Shown here: one piece after another, positions 12,445-23,682 of the stretch
Position numbering within the stretch: position 1 is the stretch's first letter
Layout of the letters: every line of letters begins with the position of its first letter
Source: Eledone cirrhosa
Taxonomy: Eukaryota
DNA: 64,000 nt
Assembly (NCBI GenBank): GCA_964016885.1
Contig: OZ024756.1
Coordinates: 43,710,001-43,774,000 of the forward strand
Direction of reading: 5' to 3'
Program-made: the position numbers and the translations under genes
The notes under the pieces: model-generated
The model's database searches: none
Seen by the model: only the letters and a program-made list of their open reading frames with translations
What the model was told of the DNA's origin: nothing

Positions 12445-15400
12445 TTAGAGATGCCTACTGGCAAGGCGGGTCTTCTCTGTTACTGAGTACCGCCAAAGGT
12501 CACGGTCCAGTGACATTGTCTTGGAGAGGTGTAAGTGTGTGAGGTCGGAGTTTATCAGCTCATCCCATGTTTTTCTAGGTCTGCCTAATCCGTGGCTACC
12601 GTCTATCTTTATTGCCCTGCACTTTGTAATACAGCTATCGACTTTCATGCGCATCACGTGTCCATACCAACGCAGCCTTCTCTCGAGTAAACAACATCTG
12701 ATCCCTCTTATCTCTAATTTTTTCCTTAGTTCGTTTATGCTTTGCCGTTCACATATATTACTGTTACACATCCAGCGGAGCATGCAAGCTTCGTTCCTCT
12801 CTAGTCTGCGTATATCCTCTGCACACAATGCCCAGGTCTCACTACCATGCAACATTGCTGTTCGTATGCAGGCATCGTACAACCTGCCTTTCATTTTTAG
12901 GGAGAACCCTTTAGCAGCTAATAGTGGTATAAGCTCTCTGAACTTTTTCCAACCAGTTCTGACTCTAGCTACAGTACTTTCAGAGCACCCTCCCCCACTG
13001 CTGATTTTATCGCCCAGGTAACGGAAGCTGTCCACTCTTTCTATAGAACCCTCTGCGCAATTGAAAGAGCTAGTATTTTGTGGGCACTTGCTGCTACTTA
13101 TTGCACCAGAACACCGGCCACATGTAAAGTCTATGTTCTTAGTTAGCTTACCTGTGATCCCACTACATCTTTTATGCACCCATACTTTGCATTTAGGACA
13201 TAAGATGGAGTTTCTACCTACGCCTTTCCTACATACCGAGCACGACCATTTCCCAGAAGGGACCGCCGCCTTGTTTTCTTTCCTACAAACTAGAACTTTG
13301 GTCTTAGCCAGGTTAATTTTAAGTCCTTTTGACTCTAGGCCGTGCTTCCATGTTTGGAATTTCTTCTCTAGCTCGGCCATTGATTCCGCTATGAGTGTCA
13401 GGTCGTCTGCGTATAGGAGTTCCCATGGGCAGCCTGTCTTGAACTCCTCTGTTATAGCCTGAAGGGCAATAATAAATAGTAGGGGGCTGAGAACAGAGCC
13501 CTGATGGACGCCAACTTTTACGCTAAACTCTTCACTATATTCGTTGTTAATTCTAACTTTGCTGACTGTTTCTTTATACATGGCTTGTATAGCCCTCACA
13601 AGCCATTCGTCAACGCCTAGTTTTCTAAGAGCCCACCAGATAATGGAGCGGGGGACTCTGTCGAAGGCTTTCTCCAGGTCGACAAAAGCTAAGTAGAGGG
13701 GTTTACCTTTAGCTAGGTACTTCTCCTGTAGTTGTCGTACTATGAAAAGAGCGTCTGTGGTGCTTTTGCCTGACACAAACCCGAACTGCATTTCATCTAG
13801 ATCAATTCTCTCTCTGATTAGTTGCGCTATTACTTTTTCCGTGACCTTCATGACCTGGTCGATTAATTTAATGCCTCTATAGTTACTCCTATCTAGGGCG
13901 TCTCCTTTACCCTTATAACAGTTAACGATGATGCTGCTATGCCAGTCCTTCGGAACAACCCCATTCTGTACGACTTGGTTAACTATGCGGGTGACCATGG
14001 TGTGTCCCACCGTGCCAGATGCCTTCAGCATCTCAGCAACTATTTCCGAAGGCCCAGCCGCCTTACCAGTCTTCATATCCTTGATTGCCTTACTTATTAT
14101 ACTCCCCTCGACTAACACTGCTGGTCCCTCTATCGGGTCGATATGGGGGAGACTGTCTTTCTCCCATTTATTCTCCTCATTTAGTAGCCTTTCATAGTGA
14201 CACTTCCAAGCTACCTTCTTATCAGTGTCGGTGATGGCAAGTATGCCATCATCGTTAAGTACACACTTCTCCCCGACAATATCACGGTTTTCCTTGACGC
14301 ATTGCCTGGCAATCCTGAACACCTCACGTTTTTGGTCATCGCGTTGTAGAACATGCTTGAACTTTCTTTCCTCAGCTTCCCTTCTTGCTAAGTACACTTC
14401 TCTCCTAGCTTCCCTCCTGGCCACTTGATAGTCTACTCTACTTCCCCCATCCCGCCATACTTTCCAAGCCTGCTTTTTGGCCTTAATTGACCCCTCCACC
14501 CTACTGTTCCACCACCATGTTACTCTCCTCCTGCCTACAGGCCTGCTCCAGCCACAGACTTCGTCTGTCGCCAACAGCAGGTTTGCTTTCAGAAATTCCC
14601 GCTGTCCCTCTATATTGTCCGATTCTAGATGCTCTTCCTTACTGTCGAAAGCATCAAGTAATATGCTTTGAAATTTATTTCTGGCTGTGGGGTCCTTTAG
14701 TTTCCATATTTTCCTCCTGAGGATAGTCCTCTTCTGCTGTCGAGTACGTCTCGTCCTGACTATGAGGTCGCTAATTATCAGTCTATGTTGGGAGGTGCAT
14801 TCTTCATGGGGGAGGGATTTAGTGTTTACAACAGACACTCTGTCACGTCTTCTGGTAAGGATATAATCTACCTGGCTTGTGTGTTCCTCGGATCTATAGG
14901 TGATCAGGTGATTGTCACGTTTTTTGAAGTTAGTGTTACAGATAGTTAGGTTATTTGCATCACAGTATTCCAGGACTCTGGAGCCTTCCTCATTTCTAGT
15001 ACCAAACCCATAGCCTCCATGGATTTCGTCGTAGCCGTCACAATGTTGTCCAACGTGACCATTTAGGTCGCCTGCAATAATTATATAGTCACTGTCAGAT
15101 ATTTGGGAGGTAGTTAGCAACAGTGTCTCATAGAATCTGTCTTTTATAGTGCCGGGCAGTCCGGATTGGGGTGCGTACGCAGATATTACTGTCACCGTAG
15201 TTCTATTGAGGACAAGTCTTATTTTAATTATTCTGTCGTTCACTCTATTTACGTCTATTATCTTATCTGCCCACTTTTCTGCTACCATGATTCCTACTCC
15301 ACCCAGCCCATCGTCGTTTCCCACCCAGAAAAGCTTATAACATCGTTTTTTACCCTCAATGAATCTAGCAGACCCACCCCTCCACCTGGTCTCTTGAATA

Positions 15401-15735
15401 CAACAAACATCGACCTCCTTACGTTCAAGCATTTCTACAACCTCGTTAGCGCGACCCTTTAGGGTGCCTACATTTATGGTACCAACTCTGAAGTTTTGGG
15501 TTGCATTTGGAGGGTGGGGGTGGTGGGGGGCGGGAGGAGATAGGGTTATGTTAGCCATCCGCGGACGAAACAAAGAGGAGTGCTCGCATTCTCGTCCACG
15601 AGGTGAATTTGACTTTAACTTTGGCATTTTCGCTCTGAGCGTCCAGATTTTTCTCTCCCTTCCACTCTCCAGGATTCCGCAGTCCGTCCGTCCATCCATC
15701 CATCCATCCATCATATATCGAAGGCAACCGGGCAA
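12445..15735 (-). CDS. RTE-clade LINE ORF: APE endonuclease + reverse transcriptase with internal PHD finger; uninterrupted
   Basis: EN motifs GTINVGTL, CIQETRW, SAYAPQ, GDLNGH, VDYIL, SQHRLI; RT motifs NYRGI, QFGF, FVDLEKAFD, QGSVLSP, YADD, FRYLG; RTE C-terminus RRLRWYGH..GRPRKTW. True start codon uncertain (e.g. ATG at 15627). Confidence 0.97.
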   Translation of the reverse strand: MPGCLRYMMDGWMDGRTDCGILESGRERKIWTLRAKMPKLKSNSPRGRECEHSSLFRPRMANITLSPPAPHHPHPPNATQNFRVGTINVGTLKGRANEVVEMLERKEVDVCCIQETRWRGGSARFIEGKKRCYKLFWVGNDDGLGGVGIMVAEKWADKIIDVNRVNDRIIKIRLVLNRTTVTVISAYAPQSGLPGTIKDRFYETLLLTTSQISDSDYIIIAGDLNGHVGQHCDGYDEIHGGYGFGTRNEEGSRVLEYCDANNLTICNTNFKKRDNHLITYRSEEHTSQVDYILTRRRDRVSVVNTKSLPHEECTSQHRLIISDLIVRTRRTRQQKRTILRRKIWKLKDPTARNKFQSILLDAFDSKEEHLESDNIEGQREFLKANLLLATDEVCGWSRPVGRRRVTWWWNSRVEGSIKAKKQAWKVWRDGGSRVDYQVARREARREVYLARREAEERKFKHVLQRDDQKREVFRIARQCVKENRDIVGEKCVLNDDGILAITDTDKKVAWKCHYERLLNEENKWEKDSLPHIDPIEGPAVLVEGSIISKAIKDMKTGKAAGPSEIVAEMLKASGTVGHTMVTRIVNQVVQNGVVPKDWHSSIIVNCYKGKGDALDRSNYRGIKLIDQVMKVTEKVIAQLIRERIDLDEMQFGFVSGKSTTDALFIVRQLQEKYLAKGKPLYLAFVDLEKAFDRVPRSIIWWALRKLGVDEWLVRAIQAMYKETVSKVRINNEYSEEFSVKVGVHQGSVLSPLLFIIALQAITEEFKTGCPWELLYADDLTLIAESMAELEKKFQTWKHGLESKGLKINLAKTKVLVCRKENKAAVPSGKWSCSVCRKGVGRNSILCPKCKVWVHKRCSGITGKLTKNIDFTCGRCSGAISSSKCPQNTSSFNCAEGSIERVDSFRYLGDKISSGGGCSESTVARVRTGWKKFRELIPLLAAKGFSLKMKGRLYDACIRTAMLHGSETWALCAEDIRRLERNEACMLRWMCNSNICERQSINELRKKLEIRGIRCCLLERRLRWYGHVMRMKVDSCITKCRAIKIDGSHGLGRPRKTWDELINSDLTHLHLSKTMSLDRDLWRYSVTEKTRLASRHL

Positions 15736-15921
15736 GCGATAGTATAGGCCTCTGGCTTATGATTTGGTCCGCGTAATAATAATAATGGTGATGCGTGGGG
15801 GTGGGGGGCTCTGGCTTATAATAATGATGGTGATGCGTGGGGGGGGGGCTCTGGCTTATGATTGGTCCACGTATTAAGTATGGTGGTGTGTGGGGGCGGG
15901 AGGGAGGGGTGTGGGGTAGCT

Positions 15922-16206
15922 AGCTGGAAGGTTATGAATGTTTAACAAGCGATTTAACAAAAAGCAAAACTGCAAGATTTGTTCTGTTCAATACGACAAA
16001 AACACCGTATTTAAACCTTAAATAGATAACAAAAAATACAGATTTCGGATTTTGCGAGATTGGATGTTTGGACTATGTACGAAATTGAGCGTGGAATGGA
16101 TAGAGAAAAATTTGTACTTTACGATTTACATGAGTACACCATAGTAGAAATAATTGAAGCAGCGGTGGATTGGCGAAAGTGAATAAACATGAAGGAGAAC
16201 TTATCT

Positions 16207-16237
<31 letters not shown>

Positions 16238-16824
16238 AGCTAAGAGAGAAAGAGAGGGGGGAGAAGGGGGAGAGATATTGTGGCTGACCGCAGCCCCTCG
16301 TGGAGTAGCAGGAGGGTGAAGGGGTGGAGCGGATTTTTGACTTTCAAGTAGCATACTATATATATTTAAAGTAATTTATAAGTAGAATGGGAAGGATTTT
16401 GTTTTTTGTTTGAGAATACGATAGAATTAAGGAATTGGACGATACGATAGAATTAAGAATGGGAAGGATTTTGTTTTTTTTTTGTTTGGGGATACGATAG
16501 AATTAAGGAATTGGAGAATACGATAGAATTAATGAATTGATGAGCTGGAAGGTTATGAATGTTTAACAAGCGATTTAACAAAAAGCAAAACTGCAAGATT
16601 TGTTCTGTTCAATACGACAAAAACACCGTATTTAAACCTTAAATAGATAACAAAAAATACAGATTTCGGATTTTGCGAGATTGGATGTTTGGACTATGTA
16701 CGAAATTGAGCGTGGAATGGATAGAGAAAAATTTGTACTTTACGATTTACATGAGTACACCATAGTAGAAATAATTGAAGCAGCGGTGGATTGGCGAAAG
16801 TGAATAAACATGGAGAACTTATCT

Positions 16825-16855
<31 letters not shown>

Positions 16856-17444
16856 AGCTAAGAGAGAAAGAGAGGGGGGGAAGGGGGAGAGATATTGTGG
16901 CTGACCGCAGCCCCTCGTGGAGTAGCAGGAGGGTGAAGGGGTGGAGCGGATTTTTGACTTTCAAGTAGCATACTATATATATTTAAAGTAATTTATAAGT
17001 AGAATGGGAAGGATTTTGTTTTTTGTTTGAGAATACGATAGAATTAAGGAATTGGACGATACGATAGAATTAAGAATGGGAAGGATTTTGTTTTTTTTTT
17101 GTTTGGGGATACGATAGAATTAAGGAATTGGAGAATACGATAGAATTAATGAATTGATGAGCTGGAAGGTTATGAATGTTTAACAAGCGATTTAACAAAA
17201 AGCAAAACTGCAAGATTTGTTCTGTTCAATACGACAAAAACACCGTATTTAAACCTTAAATAGATAACAAAAAATACAGATTTCGGATTTTGCGAGATTG
17301 GATGTTTGGACTATGTACGAAATTGAGCGTGGAATGGATAGAGAAAAATTTGTACTTTACGATTTACATGAGTACACCATAGTAGAAATAATTGAAGCAG
17401 CGGTGGATTGGCGAAAGTGAATAAACATGAAGGAGAACTTATCT

Positions 17445-17479
<35 letters not shown>

Positions 17480-18083
17480 AGCTAAGAGAGAGATAGAGGG
17501 GAAGAAAGAGAGGGGGGGGAAGGGGGAGAGATATTGTGGCTGACCGCAGCCCCTCGTGGAGTAGCAGGAGGGTGAAGGGGTGGAGCGGATTTTTGACTTT
17601 CAAGTAGCATACTATATATATTTAAAGTAATTTATAAGTAGAATGGGAAGGATTTTGTTTTTTGTTTGAGAATACGATAGAATTAAGGAATTGGACGATA
17701 CGATAGAATTAAGAATGGGAAGGATTTTGTTTTTTTTTTGTTTGGGGATACGATAGAATTAAGGAATTGGAGAATACGATAGAATTAATGAATTGATGAG
17801 CTGGAAGGTTATGAATGTTTAACAAGCGATTTAACAAAAAGAAAAACTGCAAGATTTGTTCTGTTCAATACGACAAAAACACCGTATTTAAACCTTAAAT
17901 AGATAACAAAAAATACAGATTTCGGATTTTGCGAGATTGGATGTTTGGACTATGTACGAAATTGAGCGTGGAATGGATAGAGAAAAATTTGTACTTTACG
18001 ATTTACATGAGTACACCATAGTAGAAATAATTGAAGCAGCGGTGGATTGGCGAAAGTGAATAAACATGAAGGAGAACTTATCT

Positions 18084-18118
<35 letters not shown>

Positions 18119-18725
18119 AGCTAAGAGAGAGATAGAGGGGAAGAAAGAGAGGGGGGGGGGGAAGGGGGAGAGATATTGTGGCTGACCGCAGCCCCTCGTG
18201 GAGTAGCAGGAGGGTGAAGGGGTGGAGCGGATTTTTGACTTTCAAGTAGCATACTATATATATTTAAAGTAATTTATAAGTAGAATGGGAAGGATTTTGT
18301 CTTTTGTTTGAGAATACGATAGAATTAAGGAATTGGACGATACGATAGAATTAAGAATGGGAAGGATTTTGTTTTTTTTTTGTTTGGGGATACGATAGAA
18401 TTAAGGAATTGGAGAATACGATAGAATTAATGAATTGATGAGCTGGAAGGTTATGAATGTTTAACAAGCGATTTAACAAAAAGCAAAACTGCAAGATTTG
18501 TTCTGTTCAATACGACAAAAACACCGTATTTAAACCTTAAATAGATAACAAAAAATACAGATTTCGGATTTTGCGAGATTGGATGTTTGGACTATGTACG
18601 AAATTGAGCGTGGAATGGATAGAGAAAAATTTGTACTTTACGATTTACATGAGTACACCATAGTAGAAATAATTGAAGCAGCGGTGGATTGGCGAAAGTG
18701 AATAAACATGAAGGAGAACTTATCT

Positions 18726-18760
<35 letters not shown>

Positions 18761-19363
18761 AGCTAAGAGAGAGATAGAGGGGAAGAAAGAGAGGGGGGGA
18801 AGGGGGAGAGATATTGTGGCTGACCGCAGCCCCTCGTGGAGTAGCAGGAGGGTGAAGGGGTGGAGCGGATTTTTGACTTTCAAGTAGCATACTATATATA
18901 TTTAAAGTAATTTATAAGTAGAATGGGAAGGATTTTGTTTTTTGTTTGAGAATACGATAGAATTAAGGAATTGGACGATACGATAGAATTAAGAATGGGA
19001 AGGATTTTGTTTTTTTTTTGTTTGGGGATACGATAGAATTAAGGAATTGGAGAATACGATAGAATTAATGAATTGATGAGCTGGAAGGTTATGAATGTTT
19101 AACAAGCGATTTAACAAAAAGCAAAACTGCAAGATTTGTTCTGTTCAATACGACAAAAACACCGTATTTAAACCTTAAATAGATAACAAAAAATACAGAT
19201 TTCGGATTTTGCGAGATTGGATGTTTGGACTATGTACGAAATTGAGCGTGGAATGGATAGAGAAAAATTTGTACTTTACGATTTACATGAGTACACCATA
19301 GTAGAAATAATTGAAGCAGCGGTGGATTGGCGAAAGTGAATAAACATGAAGGAGAACTTATCT

Positions 19364-19398
<35 letters not shown>

Positions 19399-20000
19399 AG
19401 CTAAGAGAGAGATAGAGGGGAAGAAAGAGAGGGGGGAAGGGGGAGAGATATTGTGGCTGACCGCAGCCCCTCGTGGAGTAGCAGGAGGGTGAAGGGGTGG
19501 AGCGGATTTTTGACTTTCAAGTAGCATACTATATATATTTAAAGTAATTTATAAGTAGAATGGGAAGGATTTTGTCTTTTGTTTGAGAATACGATAGAAT
19601 TAAGGAATTGGACGATACGATAGAATTAAGAATGGGAAGGATTTTGTTTTTTTTTTGTTTGGGGATACGATAGAATTAAGGAATTGGAGAATACGATAGA
19701 ATTAATGAATTGATGAGCTGGAAGGTTATGAATGTTTAACAAGCGATTTAACAAAAAGCAAAACTGCAAGATTTGTTCTGTTCAATACGACAAAAACACC
19801 GTATTTAAACCTTAAATAGATAACAAAAAATACAGATTTCGGATTTTGCGAGATTGGATGTTTGGACTATGTACGAAATTGAGCGTGGAATGGATAGAGA
19901 AAAATTTGTACTTTACGATTTACATGAGTACACCATAGTAGAAATAATTGAAGCAGCGGTGGATTGGCGAAAGTGAATAAACATGAAGGAGAACTTATCT

Positions 20001-20039
<39 letters not shown>

Positions 20040-20506
20040 AGCTAAGAGAGAGATAGAGGGGAAGAAAGAGAGGGGGGGGAAGGGGGAGAGATATTGTGGC
20101 TGACCGCAGCCCCTCGTGGAGTAGCAGGAGGGTGAAGGGGTGGAGCGGATTTTTGACTTTCAAGTAGCATACTATATATATTTAAAGTAATTTATAAGTA
20201 GAATGGGAAGGATTTTGTTTTTTGTTTGAGAATACGATAGAATTAAGGAATTGGACGATACGATAGAATTAAGAATGGGAAGGATTTTGTTTTTTTTTTG
20301 TTTGGGGATACGATAGAATTAAGGAATTGGAGAATACGATAGAATTAATGAATTGATGAGCTGGAAGGTTATGAATGTTTAACAAGCGATTTAACAAAAA
20401 GCAAAACTGCAAGATTTGTTCTGTTCAATACGACAAAAACACCGTATTTAAACCTTAAATAGATAACAAAAAATACAGATTTCGGATTTTGCGAGATTGG
20501 ATGTTT
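15922..20506. repeat. Tandem array of ~620-640 bp units: 7 full copies plus a ~150-bp partial copy
   Basis: AGCTGGAAGGTTATGAATG recurs at 15922, 16543, 17160, 17799, 18441, 19079, 19716 and 20359. Units differ mainly in (TA)/(TG)/G-run lengths and one short indel. Confidence 0.97.
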
Positions 20507-20540
<34 letters not shown>

Positions 20541-20571
20541 TGTATATGTATATATATATATGTATATGGTA

Positions 20572-20615
<44 letters not shown>

Positions 20616-20690
20616 GGTAATATATATATATATATATATATATGTATATGGTAATATATATATATATATGTATATGGTAATATATATGTA

Positions 20691-21321
20691 TTTCATTTCA
20701 TTTCATTTCATTTGAGTTTGAGTCCATGCTCAGGCCAAGTCGAAGACTCCACCCTCAGAGTCTGGTGTGGTTGCCAGGTTGGATTCTCTGTTTAATTTTG
20801 ACATGTGTAGGAGCGAGTTTGAGTCAGTTTGTGCTCGTTGTGTATATCCTGGGAGATGGGGTTCATCTCTAATGGTGCTTAAGTATCTATCCAGCTGCAA
20901 TTTGAATGATTCCACACTGCATCCTGATAGATTTCTGACATGTACCGGAATGGAGTTGAATAGTTGTGCCCCTCGAACCAACAGACTTGACTCTCGCAGG
21001 GTTTTTGCTGCCTGGCCAGCCTTTTTGTTGATTGGTGGTAGCTGGCAGCGTCTTCCGTGGTGCAGTGAGTGGTAGGTTTTGATACCAAAGTTTGGCACCT
21101 TTTGCTCTATCATTTTCCAAATGTATATAATTCGGTATCGCTCAAATCTTCTTTCTATTGAGTACATCTTCAAGGTTTTGAGTCTTTGCCAATAGTCCAG
21201 GTCCCTCGTTTCTGAGAAGTATGAGGTAAAATTTCTTTGGAGCGATTCCATCTTAGATAGTTGGCCCTTTGTTGTTGGTGACCACAACTGAGAACAGTAG
21301 TCAATCCTCGGAAGTATCATA
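20691..21321 (-). mobile_element. CR1-clade LINE 3' fragment
   Basis: PRIDYCSQLWSP..MESLQRNFT..FNSIP; (AAATG)n tail; near-identical to 25921-26480. Confidence 0.9.
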
Positions 21322-21761
21322 CTGGACCGAGATCTTTGGCGGTACTCAGTAATAGAGAAGACCCGTCTTACCTAAATACAAAGTAAAACCTACTACAGTC
21401 AGTAGGCATCTCTAACAAAATACACCCCCGTCCCACCACCCCCACCCCATCCACACCGCCCCTTTCAATGTAAAGTTATGTTGGTGCCACAACATCCAGG
21501 CCGAAACAAATGAGATCGTGTAGGTGTCATGACAAAAAAAACACAGTCCACGCTGTAATGTGGCCGTGTAGGCAACACAGTAAAAACCTCCCAGCCCCAC
21601 ACTGTAAATGTGGTTGGTGTTAGGAAGGGCATCCAGCTGTGGAAAACCCGCCAGACAGTCCTATGCGAGCAAGACAACCACTCTTGCCTCAAGTGGGAAA
21701 ACTCCCGTCCAAACCCATGCAAGCGTGGAACATGGACGTTAAATGATGATGATGATGATGA
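21321..21761 (+). mobile_element. RTE family A 3' fragment fused 5'-to-5' to the CR1 fragment
   Basis: Begins ACTGGACCGAGATCTTTGG immediately after the CR1 sequence; ends in (ATG)n. Confidence 0.92.
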
Positions 21762-22009
21762 TATATATATATGTATATGGTAATATATATACATATATAT
21801 AGCACAGGCTTGTGCAGGATATGTTATAATTTATTCCTCCACACCCAGCTGAGTCATAACTGACATATGGTCTTTTTTATCTTTTTTTCGTGAAATCGCT
21901 GTGTGTGTTTTTATATATAAATATACACACACACACACACAAACACACGTGTGTGTGTATATATATATATATGCACACACGATTTATTTGCTTTTGTCTT
22001 GTGATTGTG

Positions 22010-22945
22010 TTCAAAATAAAGGTCTCTAACTGGAGGTCAGTAAGTGAGGGGGGGGGGGCATTTCAATTGATTAACTCCAGTATTTGACTGGTATTTTCTT
22101 TTGACTCCCCGAAAGGATGAAAGGAAAAGTTGCCTTTGACAGGATTTGAACTCAGTGTAAAGAGAGAAATATTTTTCTGGCTCTTTATGTTCAGTCCTAA
22201 AACTAATTGGCAGATCGGTAGAGCATCCGACAGAACGTTTTTGTAATATTTGTTTGGAGTTCAAATCCTACCAAAGGTCAACTTTGCTTTTCATCCTTTT
22301 TGATAAAGTATGATACCGAGCAAGTGCTAAGCGGTTGGGTCATTATAATTGTCCCTCCTCAGGCAAGTGCTAGGGGGAGGGGTCATTATAATTGCCCCTC
22401 CTCAGGCAAGTGCTAGGGGGAGGGGTCATTATAATTGTCCCTCCTCAGGCAAGTGCTAGGGGGAGGGGTCATTATAATTGCCCCTCCTCGGGCAAATGCT
22501 AGAAGGTGTGGTCATTATAATTGCCTCTCCTCGGGCAAGTGTTAGGGGGTGGGGTCATTATAATTGCCTCTCCTCGGGCAAGTGCTAGGGGGTGGGGTCA
22601 TTATAATTGCCCCTCCTCTGGCAAGTGCTAGGGGGCGGGGTCATTATAATTGCCCCTCCTCCCCTTCCTCTGGCAATTGCTAGCCTTGTGCCTGAATTAG
22701 AATGGTTAAAGGAGGGTGATGGTGGATTGATTGTAATCGGGAGAGCATCAGACACCATGCTCTGTGGCACAGAGTTACGGACCTTTATGGACCGAGTTCA
22801 AATCTCGGCAAGGTTAACTTTGCCTTTCATTCTTATGGGGTCGATAAAATATAGTAGCAGTAATACACTGGGGTTGATTTAATCAACTTTCCCCTCCCCT
22901 TCAAATTGCTGGACTTGTGCCTAAATAAAAAAAATTATTATTGCT
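22010..22945. mobile_element. Cluster of three family-1 SINE copies (one minus, two plus)
   Basis: Core and tail motifs as above; the middle copy contains the 43-bp minisatellite. Confidence 0.7.
22321..22660. repeat. 43-bp minisatellite, 8 copies, near-palindromic unit
   Basis: CAAGTGCTAGGGGGAGGGGTCATTATAATTGCCCCTCCTC(A/G)GG starting at 22321, 22364 ... 22622. Confidence 0.95.
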
Positions 22946-23196
22946 AATATTATTATTATTACTATATAATTTCTTTGTTGATTTCTAAATGTATTTTTAT
23001 TTTTAAGCTTTGTAATTCTGCCCAAAGAATTTTTTTTTTGTGTGTGTGTGAGGGAGAGTGATTTAAAAATACTTTTTCACTCTCTCCTCTGTTTCAGTCT
23101 ATAGAAATTATATTTATATATATATATATAATATATATATATAATATATATATTATATATATGTTATATATATATAATACATATATAATATATATT

Positions 23197-23350
23197 ATCA
23201 TCATCATCGTTTAACGTCCATCTTCCATGCTTGCATGGGTTTGGACAGGAGTTTTCCCACTAGAGGCAAGATTGGTTGTCTTGCTCGTATAGGACTGTAT
23301 GGTTGGTTTTCTCTGGCTGGATGCCCTTCCTAACAACAACCACGTTTACA
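23197..23350 (-). mobile_element. RTE (A-related) extreme 3' fragment
   Basis: (ATG)n tail and GGATGCCCTTCCTAAC motif. Confidence 0.85.
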
Positions 23351-23390
23351 TATACATATATAATATATATATATATATATATAATATATA

Positions 23391-23682
23391 TCATCATCAT
23401 CATTTTACGTCTGCTTTTCCCTGCTTGCAAGGGTGGGACGGGAACTGATTCTGGCTTGATTTCTACAGCTGGATGCCCTTCCTAACACCAACCTCATTTA
23501 CAGTGAGTGCTGCGTGCTTTTTTGCCGTGGCACCTCCACGACCACTTTGCAGCTGAGTAAACTGGAGCAATGTGAAATAAAGTGTCTTGCTCAAGGAAAC
23601 AACACATCACCCGGTCTGAGAATTGAACTCACAAACTTTCGATTGCAAGGCCAATGCTCTAACCACTAAGCCATGTGCCTTC
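23391..23682 (-). mobile_element. CORE-type SINE (family 2), internally deleted
   Basis: Reverse complement of the 49599-49943 element, lacking ~35 bp between the CORE and the RTE-derived part. Confidence 0.85.

Larger units (their letters stand above)
12083..20506 (-). mobile_element. Full-length RTE family A LINE including a 5' tandem monomer array
   Basis: (ATG)n tail, 3'UTR, intact ORF and unique 5'UTR, then the array with no microsatellite break. The same TATGTATATGGTAATATATGTATATG(TA)n flank lies on both sides. Confidence 0.8.

Noticed and set aside
9788-14720. Plus-strand ORFs antisense to the RTE ORFs (e.g. 10274-10906, 12521-13021)
   Set aside because: Shadow frames of RT coding sequence with no independent motifs.
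15736-16540. HDV-like ribozyme in the RTE 5' region (e.g. GCCCCTCGTGG at ~16293)
   Set aside because: Could not build P1-P3 pairing by eye, and the best-looking motif is antisense to the element. An RNAMotif/Infernal search would be needed.
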